DNA from: Escherichia phage p000y
Length of the DNA: 64,000 nt
Sequence record: MK047718.1
Strand: one strand, 5' to 3'
Below, in pieces: positions 8,480-17,485 of this stretch (positions within the stretch are counted from its first letter, which is position 1; each line of letters starts with the position of its first letter). The notes under the pieces were generated by a model. It was not told the DNA's origin. It saw only the letters and a list, made by a program, of their open reading frames with translations, and ran no database searches. Both the position numbers and the translations under genes were made by a program.

Positions 8480-9475
8480 ATGAGCATTACATCTGATGCG
8501 ATAAAACATGAAATTAACGGTTTATGTGCTTCACAGATTAAAGTGTGGTTTAAAGACCATAATGATCGCAGAGCGCTTAATTATGAACGAATTGCTATCC
8601 AAGTTCATCAATTACTGGTTAGTAAATTTGATTTTCATATGCCGTCTGAAATCTATACTAATCTACCGCAAGCGCTTATTAAAGCGTGTAAAGGCTACGG
8701 AAAATCAATGGCTGATGGAATCTTCAGCGCGCTGAATAAACTTAACGTTCTGTCGATGATTAACTCTAACAATATCCTGCGTAATCTAGGACGTACTGAT
8801 TTGTTCGGTCGTGAACAGTGTAAAATGCCTTTGAAATGGATTGTTGCTCATCTTAACGAGAACCAAACACGTTTTATGGCCGTAACAGCACGTTTACAAA
8901 TGGGCCTAGATCGTCAGATGAACTTTAAAACTCATCCACGTTATTCAGGTTCAACTGACTTTTATAAATGTGAGCTTCAAAAGATTGCAGGCAAAACTGT
9001 CTTAGTAGTTCGTGTAACGTTTGAAGGACGTCGTCAAGGATATTTTGACCTAATCGGCTCTGGTCTCAAACATTGTGGATTTATCGACGAAGTTGATATC
9101 AAGCGAGACGGCACTGGATACCGTATTGGGTATGTTTGTACTCTTAAAGAAGAGATTTCAGGACCAGCACCAGGACTAAAAGACGTTAGATATAAAGACG
9201 AGCTAGTTGAAGAAATAAAAGAAGTTGAATACGATATCAACCAAGAAGATGCTCTTAAAGACCTTATTGACGAACTAAACCAAGACGTTATTCCGGTTCA
9301 GAAATTTGAATCAAAACATGCTGAGCAAATCAAATACTTTGAAGCTTTGATTAACGAACTTAATGTAACTATTCAACAGACTGACGATGAAATCTCACGA
9401 TTAGCAGGCTTAAATGGTAAAAATAAAACAGAACGAGCTAATCTTATTCAAGTAGTAAAACTTCTTAAGGAATGA
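8480..9475 (+). CDS. Hypothetical protein, 331 aa, with C-terminal coiled coil
   Basis: RBS GAGGAAA upstream; heptad-like C-terminus. Confidence 0.45.
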   Translation: MSITSDAIKHEINGLCASQIKVWFKDHNDRRALNYERIAIQVHQLLVSKFDFHMPSEIYTNLPQALIKACKGYGKSMADGIFSALNKLNVLSMINSNNILRNLGRTDLFGREQCKMPLKWIVAHLNENQTRFMAVTARLQMGLDRQMNFKTHPRYSGSTDFYKCELQKIAGKTVLVVRVTFEGRRQGYFDLIGSGLKHCGFIDEVDIKRDGTGYRIGYVCTLKEEISGPAPGLKDVRYKDELVEEIKEVEYDINQEDALKDLIDELNQDVIPVQKFESKHAEQIKYFEALINELNVTIQQTDDEISRLAGLNGKNKTERANLIQVVKLLKE

Positions 9476-9504
9476 TGTACAACCAAGGATGGTTGGAGTA
9501 TAAT
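9475..9504 (+). promoter_or_regulatory. Early promoter, copy of the repeated CAACCAAGGATGGTTGGAGTATAAT cassette
   Basis: ATGTAC -35, TATAAT 9499-9504; palindromic spacer CAACCA-AGGA-TGGTTG. Confidence 0.55.
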
Positions 9505-9530
9505 AAATTTTTCAACATGAGGAATATAAA

Positions 9531-10490
9531 ATGGCTTTTATTACACGTAGAGAACTTATCAAAGAATTTACCTCGAACGCATATACCCCAGGACCTAATC
9601 CTATCCGTATGCCTGTAAAGACTCCTGAAGAGATTGAGGAAATCTGTTCATATTATGGGATTACTTCTCGTAAGTTTACTCAATTTGAATGCGTTACTAA
9701 CACACCCGTTAAAGAGTTCATTAAAAATGGTGAGTTCAGCCGTTTATTAGCCAAACAGAAACTTCGTAATTTTTGTATCGGCGGTGAAGGACAATATTTC
9801 GCTAAACAGTTCCGAAATAACCTTAACAATCTGATGGCCATTGCTTCTCGTATTCGTCCTCAAGCAATTAACATGAAACATTTGAAATATACTTATGATA
9901 AGTTAGAAATCATGGTTATCAGTGAGAATGAGTTCACTCTTACATATAAACCTAAGAATGATAACGTTGCTCGTGTATTCCACCAAGCGTTGGAAGTTTT
10001 AGGTGATAATATCCACCAGATTAAAGCGATTTATTCTCGTGAGCTTAATATTATCAACCCTATCAAGAATAAGGGCCATATCGCTATCCAGGCTCGTGTA
10101 TCTATTGGTAAAAAGGTTCCTGCGCCGTGGTGGCACAAAGACTCTGAATACTATCAAAATCTTAAAAAGGAAAATGCAACGTTTGAAGCATCGCTTACTG
10201 GGACCCCAATTGAACAGGCCGAAGTCCTAAGTGCTTATTCTACTTCGGGTAAATCAATGTTTAAAGGTTTGCCAAATGTGTGCAAACTGTCTGCAGTAAA
10301 ACTAAATGTTTCTAATGACCTTCTTCCGGCCGAAGATTACCATTACAATCAAATCAAGGCCACTATGGACCAACTGTCTGTTGAACTTGACAAAGCACAA
10401 GCTAAGCTTCGTGATGCTCAACAAGTAGTTACCAATCTCCAGTTGCAGTACTCTAAACTTTTTAACGCAATGAATGCATTAAAATCATAA
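9531..10490 (+). CDS. Hypothetical protein, 319 aa, with C-terminal coiled coil
   Basis: RBS GAGGAA upstream; C-terminus ...QAKLRDAQQVVTNLQLQYSKL. Confidence 0.45.
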   Translation: MAFITRRELIKEFTSNAYTPGPNPIRMPVKTPEEIEEICSYYGITSRKFTQFECVTNTPVKEFIKNGEFSRLLAKQKLRNFCIGGEGQYFAKQFRNNLNNLMAIASRIRPQAINMKHLKYTYDKLEIMVISENEFTLTYKPKNDNVARVFHQALEVLGDNIHQIKAIYSRELNIINPIKNKGHIAIQARVSIGKKVPAPWWHKDSEYYQNLKKENATFEASLTGTPIEQAEVLSAYSTSGKSMFKGLPNVCKLSAVKLNVSNDLLPAEDYHYNQIKATMDQLSVELDKAQAKLRDAQQVVTNLQLQYSKLFNAMNALKS

Positions 10491-10494
10491 ATCA

Positions 10495-10524
10495 GTTTAC
10501 AACCAAGGATGGTTGGAGTATAAT
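10495..10524 (+). promoter_or_regulatory. Early promoter, second copy of the repeated cassette
   Basis: GTTTACAACCAAGGATGGTTGGAGTATAAT, identical to the 52491-52520 copy. Confidence 0.55.
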
Positions 10525-10552
10525 GAATCTATCTTAACGAGAGGAAAATATT

Positions 10553-11497
10553 ATGACACGTTCACATTACATTGATTATTTTGCAGGTCTTATCGCTAAT
10601 GTTCATGCCCAACGTGCTTCTGGTTCATTAGGATTTGATGTTCCACACCGAGATGTAGTAAGTGGTATTCTTCGCGATTTTGGTACATATACCGGCCAAG
10701 AAAATCATATCTGTAAAGATACTCAAAATGCGTATTCTCATTCATTAGGGACACTGCTTCAATGGTTCAAACGTTCTCGTTTATTATCTTCTACTGTAGC
10801 TCGCGATAACATTAAAAACTTTATGAAACCGAGCTTTATTAAATCTGTGACATCTAAAACCGATTTGGTTGAATTCACTATTGTTAATGATGTTAAAAAG
10901 ACTCATTTAGCTGATTGGTTATCTACCATTCCTGAAACTAAATTTGCTGATAAATTTGCTTGTGAATTCAATAACCAAGTGAATATGCTTTTTAAACATT
11001 CTCGTAAATTATTCACTGGCGGTGATGGTCGTACAAATAAAGTTCATGTTAAAGATTGGGTTACTGCAGTATTCAAACCAACCGGTAATGGTAACGCATC
11101 ATTATCAATTGATATCCAGGTTCCTTATTACTACTCACGTAATCTCGGTACCATGAAAGCCGAAGAAATTAAGAAGCACAATAAAACCGTTCGTTCGCTG
11201 TCTTATAAACTTCGTATGATGTTACAGACTATGGATGTTGTTGAAATGTTCGACGAAACCGAAGATAACGGTTCAATGTTATTCAGTTCTCGAATTAAAA
11301 TTAAACTGAAGAACCCTAATGTGTTTAAGCCTATTAAAGAACCTAAAGCAGAAAAGGTTGATATCATGGCTGAAGAACGTGAGTACCTCAAATCTCGTCT
11401 GAAAGAAGTCGAAGCCCAGATTGCAGAACAAACTAAATCGTTAAAAGCTCTGAATGCGAAAGCGGATGGTTTACGAAATGCCATTGAGGTGTTATAA
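10553..11497 (+). CDS. Hypothetical protein, 314 aa, with C-terminal coiled coil
   Basis: RBS GAGAGGAAA upstream; C-terminus ...LKEVEAQIAEQTKSLKALNAKADGLRNAIEVL. Confidence 0.45.
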   Translation: MTRSHYIDYFAGLIANVHAQRASGSLGFDVPHRDVVSGILRDFGTYTGQENHICKDTQNAYSHSLGTLLQWFKRSRLLSSTVARDNIKNFMKPSFIKSVTSKTDLVEFTIVNDVKKTHLADWLSTIPETKFADKFACEFNNQVNMLFKHSRKLFTGGDGRTNKVHVKDWVTAVFKPTGNGNASLSIDIQVPYYYSRNLGTMKAEEIKKHNKTVRSLSYKLRMMLQTMDVVEMFDETEDNGSMLFSSRIKIKLKNPNVFKPIKEPKAEKVDIMAEEREYLKSRLKEVEAQIAEQTKSLKALNAKADGLRNAIEVL

Positions 11498-11802
11498 TGA
11501 AACTACGTCTTCTAGAGGATATTGATATGAGCACTAATCATGGCTTGGTTAAGTTTATTGACGATAGTTCAAAGATTGAATTTGTTCAGCGAGATAAAAT
11601 CCACGGTGAAGAAGAGTTCGTTCCTCCGGCATGGAACGAAATAATGAAAATGGTTGAACGACGTGAAAATGCTGCCAAATCGGCAGCAAAACATCCATGC
11701 CCGGAATGTGGAACTATCCAAGTCCAACTGGTTAACTGGACCACTGATAACTTGAAATTGAAATGCCGTAAATGCTTCCACAAATTTGAGAGAACATTAT
11801 AA
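11497..11802 (+). CDS. Zinc-ribbon protein, 101 aa
   Basis: CPEC ... CRKC pairs in the C-terminal half. Confidence 0.45.
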   Translation: MKLRLLEDIDMSTNHGLVKFIDDSSKIEFVQRDKIHGEEEFVPPAWNEIMKMVERRENAAKSAAKHPCPECGTIQVQLVNWTTDNLKLKCRKCFHKFERTL

Positions 11803-12215
11803 TGAGATATAGCCTTCGTTGTTTTATCGCAGCTTTAGTTTTTGCTATTATTCCATTCATTTGGAACAGCCAGAATACTTACATGGAAACTAAAGTAATT
11901 CCTGTGGAGGTAGTGGAATTAATCTCAGGTCAATCTACAGGAAAATATTCTAAATTAGAATTTATTGCAGTCTATAAAGATGAGCAAGGACGAGTTTTTG
12001 ACAGGCATGTATCACCATCGTTTTATACGCTTCTGAATAAAGGTGATACGATAGCTATAGAAATTCGTGAGATGGATATCAAACAAACTACTAAAGATAA
12101 CTTGATTTGGTTCTTTGGTACGGTGTTGTTGGTTTCTATCTGTATCACAGGTTTTATTACATGTATTGTATTTGGCATTGCATATTTAATCGATGAAAGG
12201 AAAAATAATGTTTAA
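11802..12215 (+). CDS. Membrane protein, 137 aa
   Basis: N-terminal and C-terminal hydrophobic helices. Confidence 0.45.
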   Translation: MRYSLRCFIAALVFAIIPFIWNSQNTYMETKVIPVEVVELISGQSTGKYSKLEFIAVYKDEQGRVFDRHVSPSFYTLLNKGDTIAIEIREMDIKQTTKDNLIWFFGTVLLVSICITGFITCIVFGIAYLIDERKNNV

Positions 12216-12471
12216 AGTGTACGGGTACGACTCTACTATTCATAAATGCATTTATTGTGATAATGCGAAACGATTGCTGACTGTTAAGAAACAGCCATTT
12301 GAATTCATTAATGTTATGCCAGAAAAAGGTGTTTTTGATGATGAGAAAATTGCTGAGCTTCTGGTTAAGCTTGGACGTGAATCACAAGTCGGATTGACTA
12401 TGCCCCAAGTGTTTGCTCCTGATGGAACTTCGATTGGTGGCTTTGACCAACTACGAGAATATTTTAAATGA
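12208..12471 (+). CDS. nrdC: Thioredoxin/glutaredoxin NrdC
   Basis: 87 aa starting MFKVYGYDS..HKC.YCDNAKRLL, which reads as T4 NrdC; RBS AAGGAAA. Confidence 0.85.
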   Translation: MFKVYGYDSTIHKCIYCDNAKRLLTVKKQPFEFINVMPEKGVFDDEKIAELLVKLGRESQVGLTMPQVFAPDGTSIGGFDQLREYFK

Positions 12472-12824
12472 CATATTCATTAAATCTTAAAGATTTCCAA
12501 GATGTATACGAAGTTTGTGCCAATGAACTTGGTCCTGATGCTCCAACTATTATTGAAGTTTTAAATGTGCTCCCTTCGTCATTAGCTTACGAAGCCAAAT
12601 CATGGGGTTGGAACGACACTGTCGTTCGTGATGACCTTTACGTCCTGATGAACGATATGATGGTTAAAAAGGCAGAACCGGTTGCACCAATGGTTACCAT
12701 TACCGTTGAAGAATATAATCGCCTGCAAGCCATTGAAGAGCTTCTGTGGAACATTGAATGTGACCTGCCATCAGGGCTAGAATCCTGGATTGATTATGAA
12801 GAGCTCAATAAACTCCGGGGTTAA
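12468..12824 (+). CDS. Hypothetical protein, 118 aa
   Basis: ATGA-coupled to nrdC. Confidence 0.45.
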   Translation: MTYSLNLKDFQDVYEVCANELGPDAPTIIEVLNVLPSSLAYEAKSWGWNDTVVRDDLYVLMNDMMVKKAEPVAPMVTITVEEYNRLQAIEELLWNIECDLPSGLESWIDYEELNKLRG

Positions 12825-12873
12825 ACCGTGGTATTCTGCTCGATGGGAGACTGTCGAGCCAGACGTCGAAACA

Positions 12874-12903
12874 GTTTACAACGACGAAGAAACATGTTAT
12901 GAT
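12874..12903 (+). promoter_or_regulatory. Early promoter (GTTTAC, TATGAT)
   Basis: GTTTAC 12874-12879, 18-bp spacer, TATGAT 12898-12903. Confidence 0.45.
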
Positions 12904-12952
12904 GAACCTTCAATAAATGAATTAATTGATATGGAGATGGGAAGAGATTATT

Positions 12953-13123
12953 ATGCAAGTTAAATTATTGTACCGTTTATTAAAAAATGGCAAGCACGAT
13001 TGGTATTTGCTTATTAAAACCGATCCGAATTTTTTCTCTGGGCAACCATTTACAGTTCGTCCTACTAAACGTCAGCTTCGCAAAGCTAAACGTTCTCATC
13101 GTAACTTTTATAGAGAATATTGA
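12953..13123 (+). CDS. Small basic protein, 56 aa (paralogue of 13548-13727)
   Basis: C-terminus RPTKRQLRKAKRSHRNFYREY resembles RPTKKMIRQYKRFHRDFYNVY in the downstream ORF. Confidence 0.4.
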   Translation: MQVKLLYRLLKNGKHDWYLLIKTDPNFFSGQPFTVRPTKRQLRKAKRSHRNFYREY

Positions 13124-13124
13124 T

Positions 13125-13538
13125 ATGAATATTTCTGAAACTCGCGGTAAATGGTTCAAGATTGTTAAAGAAGATGAAGAACTACAAGTCAAGTTTCCTG
13201 AATTAAAGAAAGGAACAATCATCAAGGTAATTGGTACTACTACCGAAGATGGTTATGGCGACCATGGCATTATCGAAGTGATGTTGAACACAGGTGAGAA
13301 ACTTTGCATCTATGACCGTGATACTTGTCTTTGGTGCTTCTGGGAATCCCATTCAATAGATGAACTCGAAGAAATTGACCAAGTAGTTTGTGACAGTGAA
13401 CTTGGCAAATTTGAAGGTGAACGTATTTCTTATGCTTTAGCTAAATTAGCCGCCCAAGAAAATAATGACGGTTATGAAGGTAATCTGATGCAAGCCGCAG
13501 CGGAATACATTGAATATTTAGAAAGACGTTTAAGTTAA
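13125..13538 (+). CDS. Hypothetical acidic protein, 137 aa
   Basis: ATG 13125 immediately after the upstream stop. Confidence 0.45.
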   Translation: MNISETRGKWFKIVKEDEELQVKFPELKKGTIIKVIGTTTEDGYGDHGIIEVMLNTGEKLCIYDRDTCLWCFWESHSIDELEEIDQVVCDSELGKFEGERISYALAKLAAQENNDGYEGNLMQAAAEYIEYLERRLS

Positions 13539-13547
13539 AGGTTTATT

Positions 13548-13727
13548 ATGAAAACTGAATTATTTTATGGTGAAAGAAAAAATGGGCAAAAATCCTGGAA
13601 ATTTATTATGATTGGGGCCCCAAACAATCCAAATATGAGGACTTCAATTATTTCAGTAACACGTCCTACTAAGAAAATGATTCGTCAATATAAACGTTTT
13701 CATCGAGACTTTTATAACGTTTACTAA
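13548..13727 (+). CDS. Small basic protein, 59 aa (paralogue of 12953-13123)
   Basis: Below the track size cutoff; shared C-terminal basic motif. Confidence 0.4.
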   Translation: MKTELFYGERKNGQKSWKFIMIGAPNNPNMRTSIISVTRPTKKMIRQYKRFHRDFYNVY

Positions 13728-13729
13728 AT

Positions 13730-13760
13730 TATAAATACCCTTATCTATTTAAGGTAAGGG
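13730..13760 (+). promoter_or_regulatory. Late promoter TATAAATA plus RBS-sequestering hairpin upstream of gene 49
   Basis: TATAAATA 13730-13737; inverted repeat CCCTTA (13738-13743) / TAAGGG (13755-13760) covers the Shine-Dalgarno. Confidence 0.55.
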
Positions 13761-13766
13761 TTTATC

Positions 13767-14240
13767 ATGTTATTATCAGGCGCAAAATATAAAGAAGAAA
13801 AACAAAAATTTTATGATGCACAGAACGGTAAGTGTCCTATTTGCCACCGTGAATTAGACCCTGATGTTCAAGGTAACCATCTTGACCATGACCACGAATT
13901 AAATGGGCCAAAAGCCGGTAGAGTTCGTGGATTACTCTGTAATCTGTGCAACGCAGCAGAAGGTCAAATGAAGCATAAGTTCAACCGTTCCGGTTTGAAA
14001 GGTCAAAACGTTGACTACTTAGAATGGCTTGAAGCTCTTCTTGCTTATTTGAAACAAGATTATTCTGATAATAATATCCATCCTAATTTTGTTCCAGACA
14101 AAACTAAAGAGTTCTCAAGACTAGGTAAAGAGGAAATGATGGCCGAGATGCTTCAAAGAGGATTTGAATATAATGAATCTGATACTAAAACACAATTAAT
14201 AGCTTCATTCAAAAAGCAACTTAGAAAGAGTTTAAAATGA
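13767..14240 (+). CDS. 49: Endonuclease VII (Holliday junction resolvase)
   Basis: 157 aa; CPICHRELD...HLDHDHELNG...CNLCN reads as T4 gp49. Confidence 0.9.
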   Translation: MLLSGAKYKEEKQKFYDAQNGKCPICHRELDPDVQGNHLDHDHELNGPKAGRVRGLLCNLCNAAEGQMKHKFNRSGLKGQNVDYLEWLEALLAYLKQDYSDNNIHPNFVPDKTKEFSRLGKEEMMAEMLQRGFEYNESDTKTQLIASFKKQLRKSLK

Positions 14241-16054
14241 AAATTGAAAAAGAAATTGAAGGATTAATTCGTAAAACTAATAAAGATCTTTTGAACGAGA
14301 ATGCTAATAAAGATTCTCGTGTTTTTCCAACTCAACGGGACCTTATGGCTGGTATTGTGTCTAAGCACATTGCCAAAAATATGGTCCCGTCTTTTATTAT
14401 GAAAGCGCATGAAAGTGGAATTATCCATTTTCATGATATTGATTATTCCCCTGCTCTTCCATTTACTAATTGCTGTTTAGTAGATTTAAAAGGAATGCTT
14501 GAGAACGGGTTTAAGCTTGGTAATGCGCAGATTGAAACACCTAAATCAATCGGTGTTGCTACTGCAATTATGGCACAAATTACTGCGCAAGTTGCTTCTC
14601 ATCAATATGGCGGAACGACTTTTGCGAATGTAGATAAAGTACTTTCTCCTTATGTTAAACGCACCTATGCAAAACATATCGAGGACGCGGAAAAATGGCA
14701 AATCGCTGATGCACTGAATTATGCTCAATCTAAAACAGAAAAAGATGTATATGATGCATTCCAAGCTTATGAATATGAAGTAAATACTCTCTTTAGTTCA
14801 AACGGGCAAACGCCTTTTGTAACGATTACATTTGGTACAGGAACTGACTGGGCTGAGCGAATGATTCAGAAGGCAATTCTTAAAAACCGCATTAAAGGTC
14901 TCGGCCGTGATGGAATAACTCCTATTTTCCCTAAGCTTGTTATGTTCGTTGAAGAAGGCGTTAATCTTTACAAAGACGATCCGAACTATGATATTAAACA
15001 GCTTGCTCTAGAGTGCGCAAGCAAAAGGATGTATCCTGATATTATTTCAGCTAAGAATAATAAAGCTATCACCGGTTCATCTATTCCTGTTTCTCCGATG
15101 GGTTGCCGTAGTTTCTTGAGCGTATGGAAAGATTCGACTGGTAATGAAATTCTTGATGGACGTAATAATCTTGGTGTTGTAACGCTGAATCTTCCTCGCA
15201 TTGCGTTAGATTCTTATATTGGAACACAATTTAACGAACAGAAATTTGTTGAATTATTCAATGAACGAATGGATTTGTGTTTTGAAGCTTTGATGTGTAG
15301 AATTAGTTCTTTAAAAGGAGTTAAAGCAACTGTTGCTCCTATTCTTTACCAAGAAGGTGCATTCGGGGTTCGTCTTAAACCGGATGATGATATAATTGAG
15401 TTATTTAAAAACGGTAGAAGTTCAGTGTCCCTAGGATACATTGGTATTCACGAATTGAATATTCTTGTTGGTCGTGATATTGGACAAGAAATTTTATCTA
15501 AAATGAATGCTCGTCTTAAGCAGTGGACTGAAAGAACCGGATTTGCTTTTAGCTTGTATTCTACTCCTGCTGAAAACTTGTGTTATCGCTTCTGTAAACT
15601 TGATACCGAAAAATATGGAAGTGTAAAGGATGTTACTGATAAAGGCTGGTACACTAACAGTTTCCATGTTTCAGTAGAAGAAAATATTACTCCGTTTGAA
15701 AAGATTTCCCGCGAAGCCCCATATCATTTCATTGCGACAGGTGGTCACATTTCTTATGTTGAACTTCCTGATATGAAAAATAACCTAAAAGGTCTTGAGG
15801 CTGTATGGGATTATGCTGCACAACATTTAGATTATTTTGGTGTTAATATGCCAGTAGATAAATGTTTTACATGTGGAAGTACCCATGAAATGACTCCGAC
15901 TGAAAACGGATTTGTTTGTTCAGTTTGTGGAGAAACTGATCCTAAAAAGATGAACACAATAAGAAGAACATGCGGCTACCTGGGAAATCCGAACGAACGC
16001 GGATTTAATCTCGGTAAAAATAAAGAAATAATGCATAGGGTTAAACACCAATGA
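14237..16054 (+). CDS. nrdD: Anaerobic ribonucleoside-triphosphate reductase NrdD
   Basis: 605 aa; glycyl-radical motif RTCGYLG and C-terminal zinc ribbon CFTCGS...CSVCG; no intron interruption. Confidence 0.92.
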   Translation: MKIEKEIEGLIRKTNKDLLNENANKDSRVFPTQRDLMAGIVSKHIAKNMVPSFIMKAHESGIIHFHDIDYSPALPFTNCCLVDLKGMLENGFKLGNAQIETPKSIGVATAIMAQITAQVASHQYGGTTFANVDKVLSPYVKRTYAKHIEDAEKWQIADALNYAQSKTEKDVYDAFQAYEYEVNTLFSSNGQTPFVTITFGTGTDWAERMIQKAILKNRIKGLGRDGITPIFPKLVMFVEEGVNLYKDDPNYDIKQLALECASKRMYPDIISAKNNKAITGSSIPVSPMGCRSFLSVWKDSTGNEILDGRNNLGVVTLNLPRIALDSYIGTQFNEQKFVELFNERMDLCFEALMCRISSLKGVKATVAPILYQEGAFGVRLKPDDDIIELFKNGRSSVSLGYIGIHELNILVGRDIGQEILSKMNARLKQWTERTGFAFSLYSTPAENLCYRFCKLDTEKYGSVKDVTDKGWYTNSFHVSVEENITPFEKISREAPYHFIATGGHISYVELPDMKNNLKGLEAVWDYAAQHLDYFGVNMPVDKCFTCGSTHEMTPTENGFVCSVCGETDPKKMNTIRRTCGYLGNPNERGFNLGKNKEIMHRVKHQ

Positions 16055-16521
16055 ATTATGATAGATTTTATCCTTGCGATTTTGTGAATGGCCCTGGTTG
16101 CAGGGTCGTTCTTTTCGTTACAGGTTGTTTGCATAAATGCGAAGGGTGTTATAATAAATCAACATGGAATGCTAGAAATGGTATTCAATTCACTGGTGAA
16201 ACACTAGAACAATTAATTGAATGTTTGAATAATGATTATATAGAAGGATTAACTATAACTGGAGGTGACCCTCTTTATCCTGATAACAGAGACGTGATTC
16301 ACTCTGTGGTACAAACTATTAAAAATCTTTATCCCAATAAAAGCATTTGGTTGTGGACAGGATATAAGTTTGAAGATATTAAACAACTAGAAATGCTTAA
16401 ATATGTTGATGTTATTATTGATGGTAAGTATGAGAAAAATCTTCCGACCAAAAAGTTGTGGCGAGGATCAGATAATCAGCGACTTTGGTCAAATACCAAC
16501 GGGGTGTGGAAACATGATTAA
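16051..16521 (+). CDS. nrdG: Anaerobic RNR activating enzyme NrdG (radical SAM)
   Basis: 156 aa; CLHKCEGC (Cx3Cx2C); ATGA-coupled to nrdD. Confidence 0.88.
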   Translation: MNYDRFYPCDFVNGPGCRVVLFVTGCLHKCEGCYNKSTWNARNGIQFTGETLEQLIECLNNDYIEGLTITGGDPLYPDNRDVIHSVVQTIKNLYPNKSIWLWTGYKFEDIKQLEMLKYVDVIIDGKYEKNLPTKKLWRGSDNQRLWSNTNGVWKHD

Positions 16522-16635
16522 ATTGAATTATATTATGGATACTATAAATGATATGATTTTTCATTTTGGTCCAGAATTTTATTCACAGTGTAGTTTAGTG
16601 CTTATCAATGCTTGGTTAACCAATTAAGGGTAAAT

Positions 16636-16851
16636 ATGTATAAATTTCGTAAAGGTTTAGCTGATTTTCTTACAACTGTAACGTTCTTTTTGTTTATGGC
16701 AGTTGGAGCTATTTTTCTTATTCCTTTTACTGTTGTATTTTTCTTGATTAGTTTAATTTCTCCGGAAAAGGGTTTATCCTCCAGCGAATTCAATGAACGT
16801 TTGGACAAAATTACTAATAAACTGAATTCTGTTCTTGATAAAAAGGCTTAA
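16636..16851 (+). CDS. Small membrane protein, 71 aa
   Basis: ATG 16636 with RBS AAGGG; hydrophobic stretch TVTFFLFMAVGAIFLIPFTVVFFLI. Confidence 0.45.
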   Translation: MYKFRKGLADFLTTVTFFLFMAVGAIFLIPFTVVFFLISLISPEKGLSSSEFNERLDKITNKLNSVLDKKA

Positions 16852-16853
16852 TT

Positions 16854-17171
16854 ATGATTAGTTTTGAGCGGTATGTGGTAGAGAGTTGGAAGGGGTTTGA
16901 TATGTTCGGTAATGACTATTATTTTTACGAATGTAGTCTAAATCCTAGTTTTTGGGCTGGACGTGAACGAGATCTCGAAGAAATTAATGCTCGTGCCGAA
17001 TTGTTAGGTGAACTGCCTACGGTTTATTTTACCTTTGATGCATCTGGATTTGTTATCCAGGTTTATTTTCCTGAAGAAAACTCTGGTGAGGATTCTGTTA
17101 ATCCTCCTTATTGGGCTTATCAAGGAATTATTTCTCGTGGAACAAAACTCGAACTTAAAGAACAAGATTGA
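16854..17171 (+). CDS. Hypothetical protein, 105 aa
   Basis: ORF in frame 0; its 3' end overlaps the glutaredoxin-domain frame. Confidence 0.45.
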   Translation: MISFERYVVESWKGFDMFGNDYYFYECSLNPSFWAGRERDLEEINARAELLGELPTVYFTFDASGFVIQVYFPEENSGEDSVNPPYWAYQGIISRGTKLELKEQD

Positions 17172-17460
17172 AATCTATGGCATCCCTGAAGAAGTTGGAC
17201 GTTGTCCAGGATGTTATACTGTTACAAAACTTTTAAAGGAGCTCAATGCTCCTTATACATTTTATAAAGTCCTCACTAATAATGGTAAGATTGAATATGA
17301 CCGTCCTTTAATCGTATCTCTTGCTAAACGTGCAGGATTCACTTCACTTAATATTCGTTATCCTGTCATATTTTTAAATGGTAAGAAACAAAAGAATATT
17401 GCAGAGTTTAAAAAGTCCTTGATTTCATTAGGATACGACTCTGATATCATAGAAGATTGA
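17167..17460 (+). CDS. nrdH: Glutaredoxin-like NrdH domain; start codon unresolved
   Basis: ...IEIYGIPEEVGRCPGCYTVTKLL... (CPGC redox site); no in-frame ATG near the domain start (only ATT 17167 or the distant ATG 17008); see findings. Confidence 0.5.
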   Translation: MEIYGIPEEVGRCPGCYTVTKLLKELNAPYTFYKVLTNNGKIEYDRPLIVSLAKRAGFTSLNIRYPVIFLNGKKQKNIAEFKKSLISLGYDSDIIED

Positions 17461-17485
17461 CCAGGTGCCGCCTGGTCTTCTTTAT
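17459..17485 (+). terminator. Rho-independent terminator
   Basis: GACCAGG-TGCCG-CCTGGTC followed by a T-rich tract. Confidence 0.6.

Noticed and set aside
12796-12963. 55-codon acidic ORF overlapping a promoter
   Set aside because: No RBS and it overlaps both the upstream gene end and the early promoter at 12874; more likely a chance open frame.
14237-16054. Possible group I intron or homing endonuclease in nrdD (as in T4)
   Set aside because: The ORF is continuous at 605 aa with intact glycyl-radical and zinc-ribbon motifs; no HNH or GIY-YIG ORF is nearby.
17008-17166. N-terminal 53-codon extension of the nrdH track ORF
   Set aside because: The hydrophobic Leu/Ile-rich translation comes from the alternative frame of the upstream gene; the glutaredoxin domain only begins around 17167.
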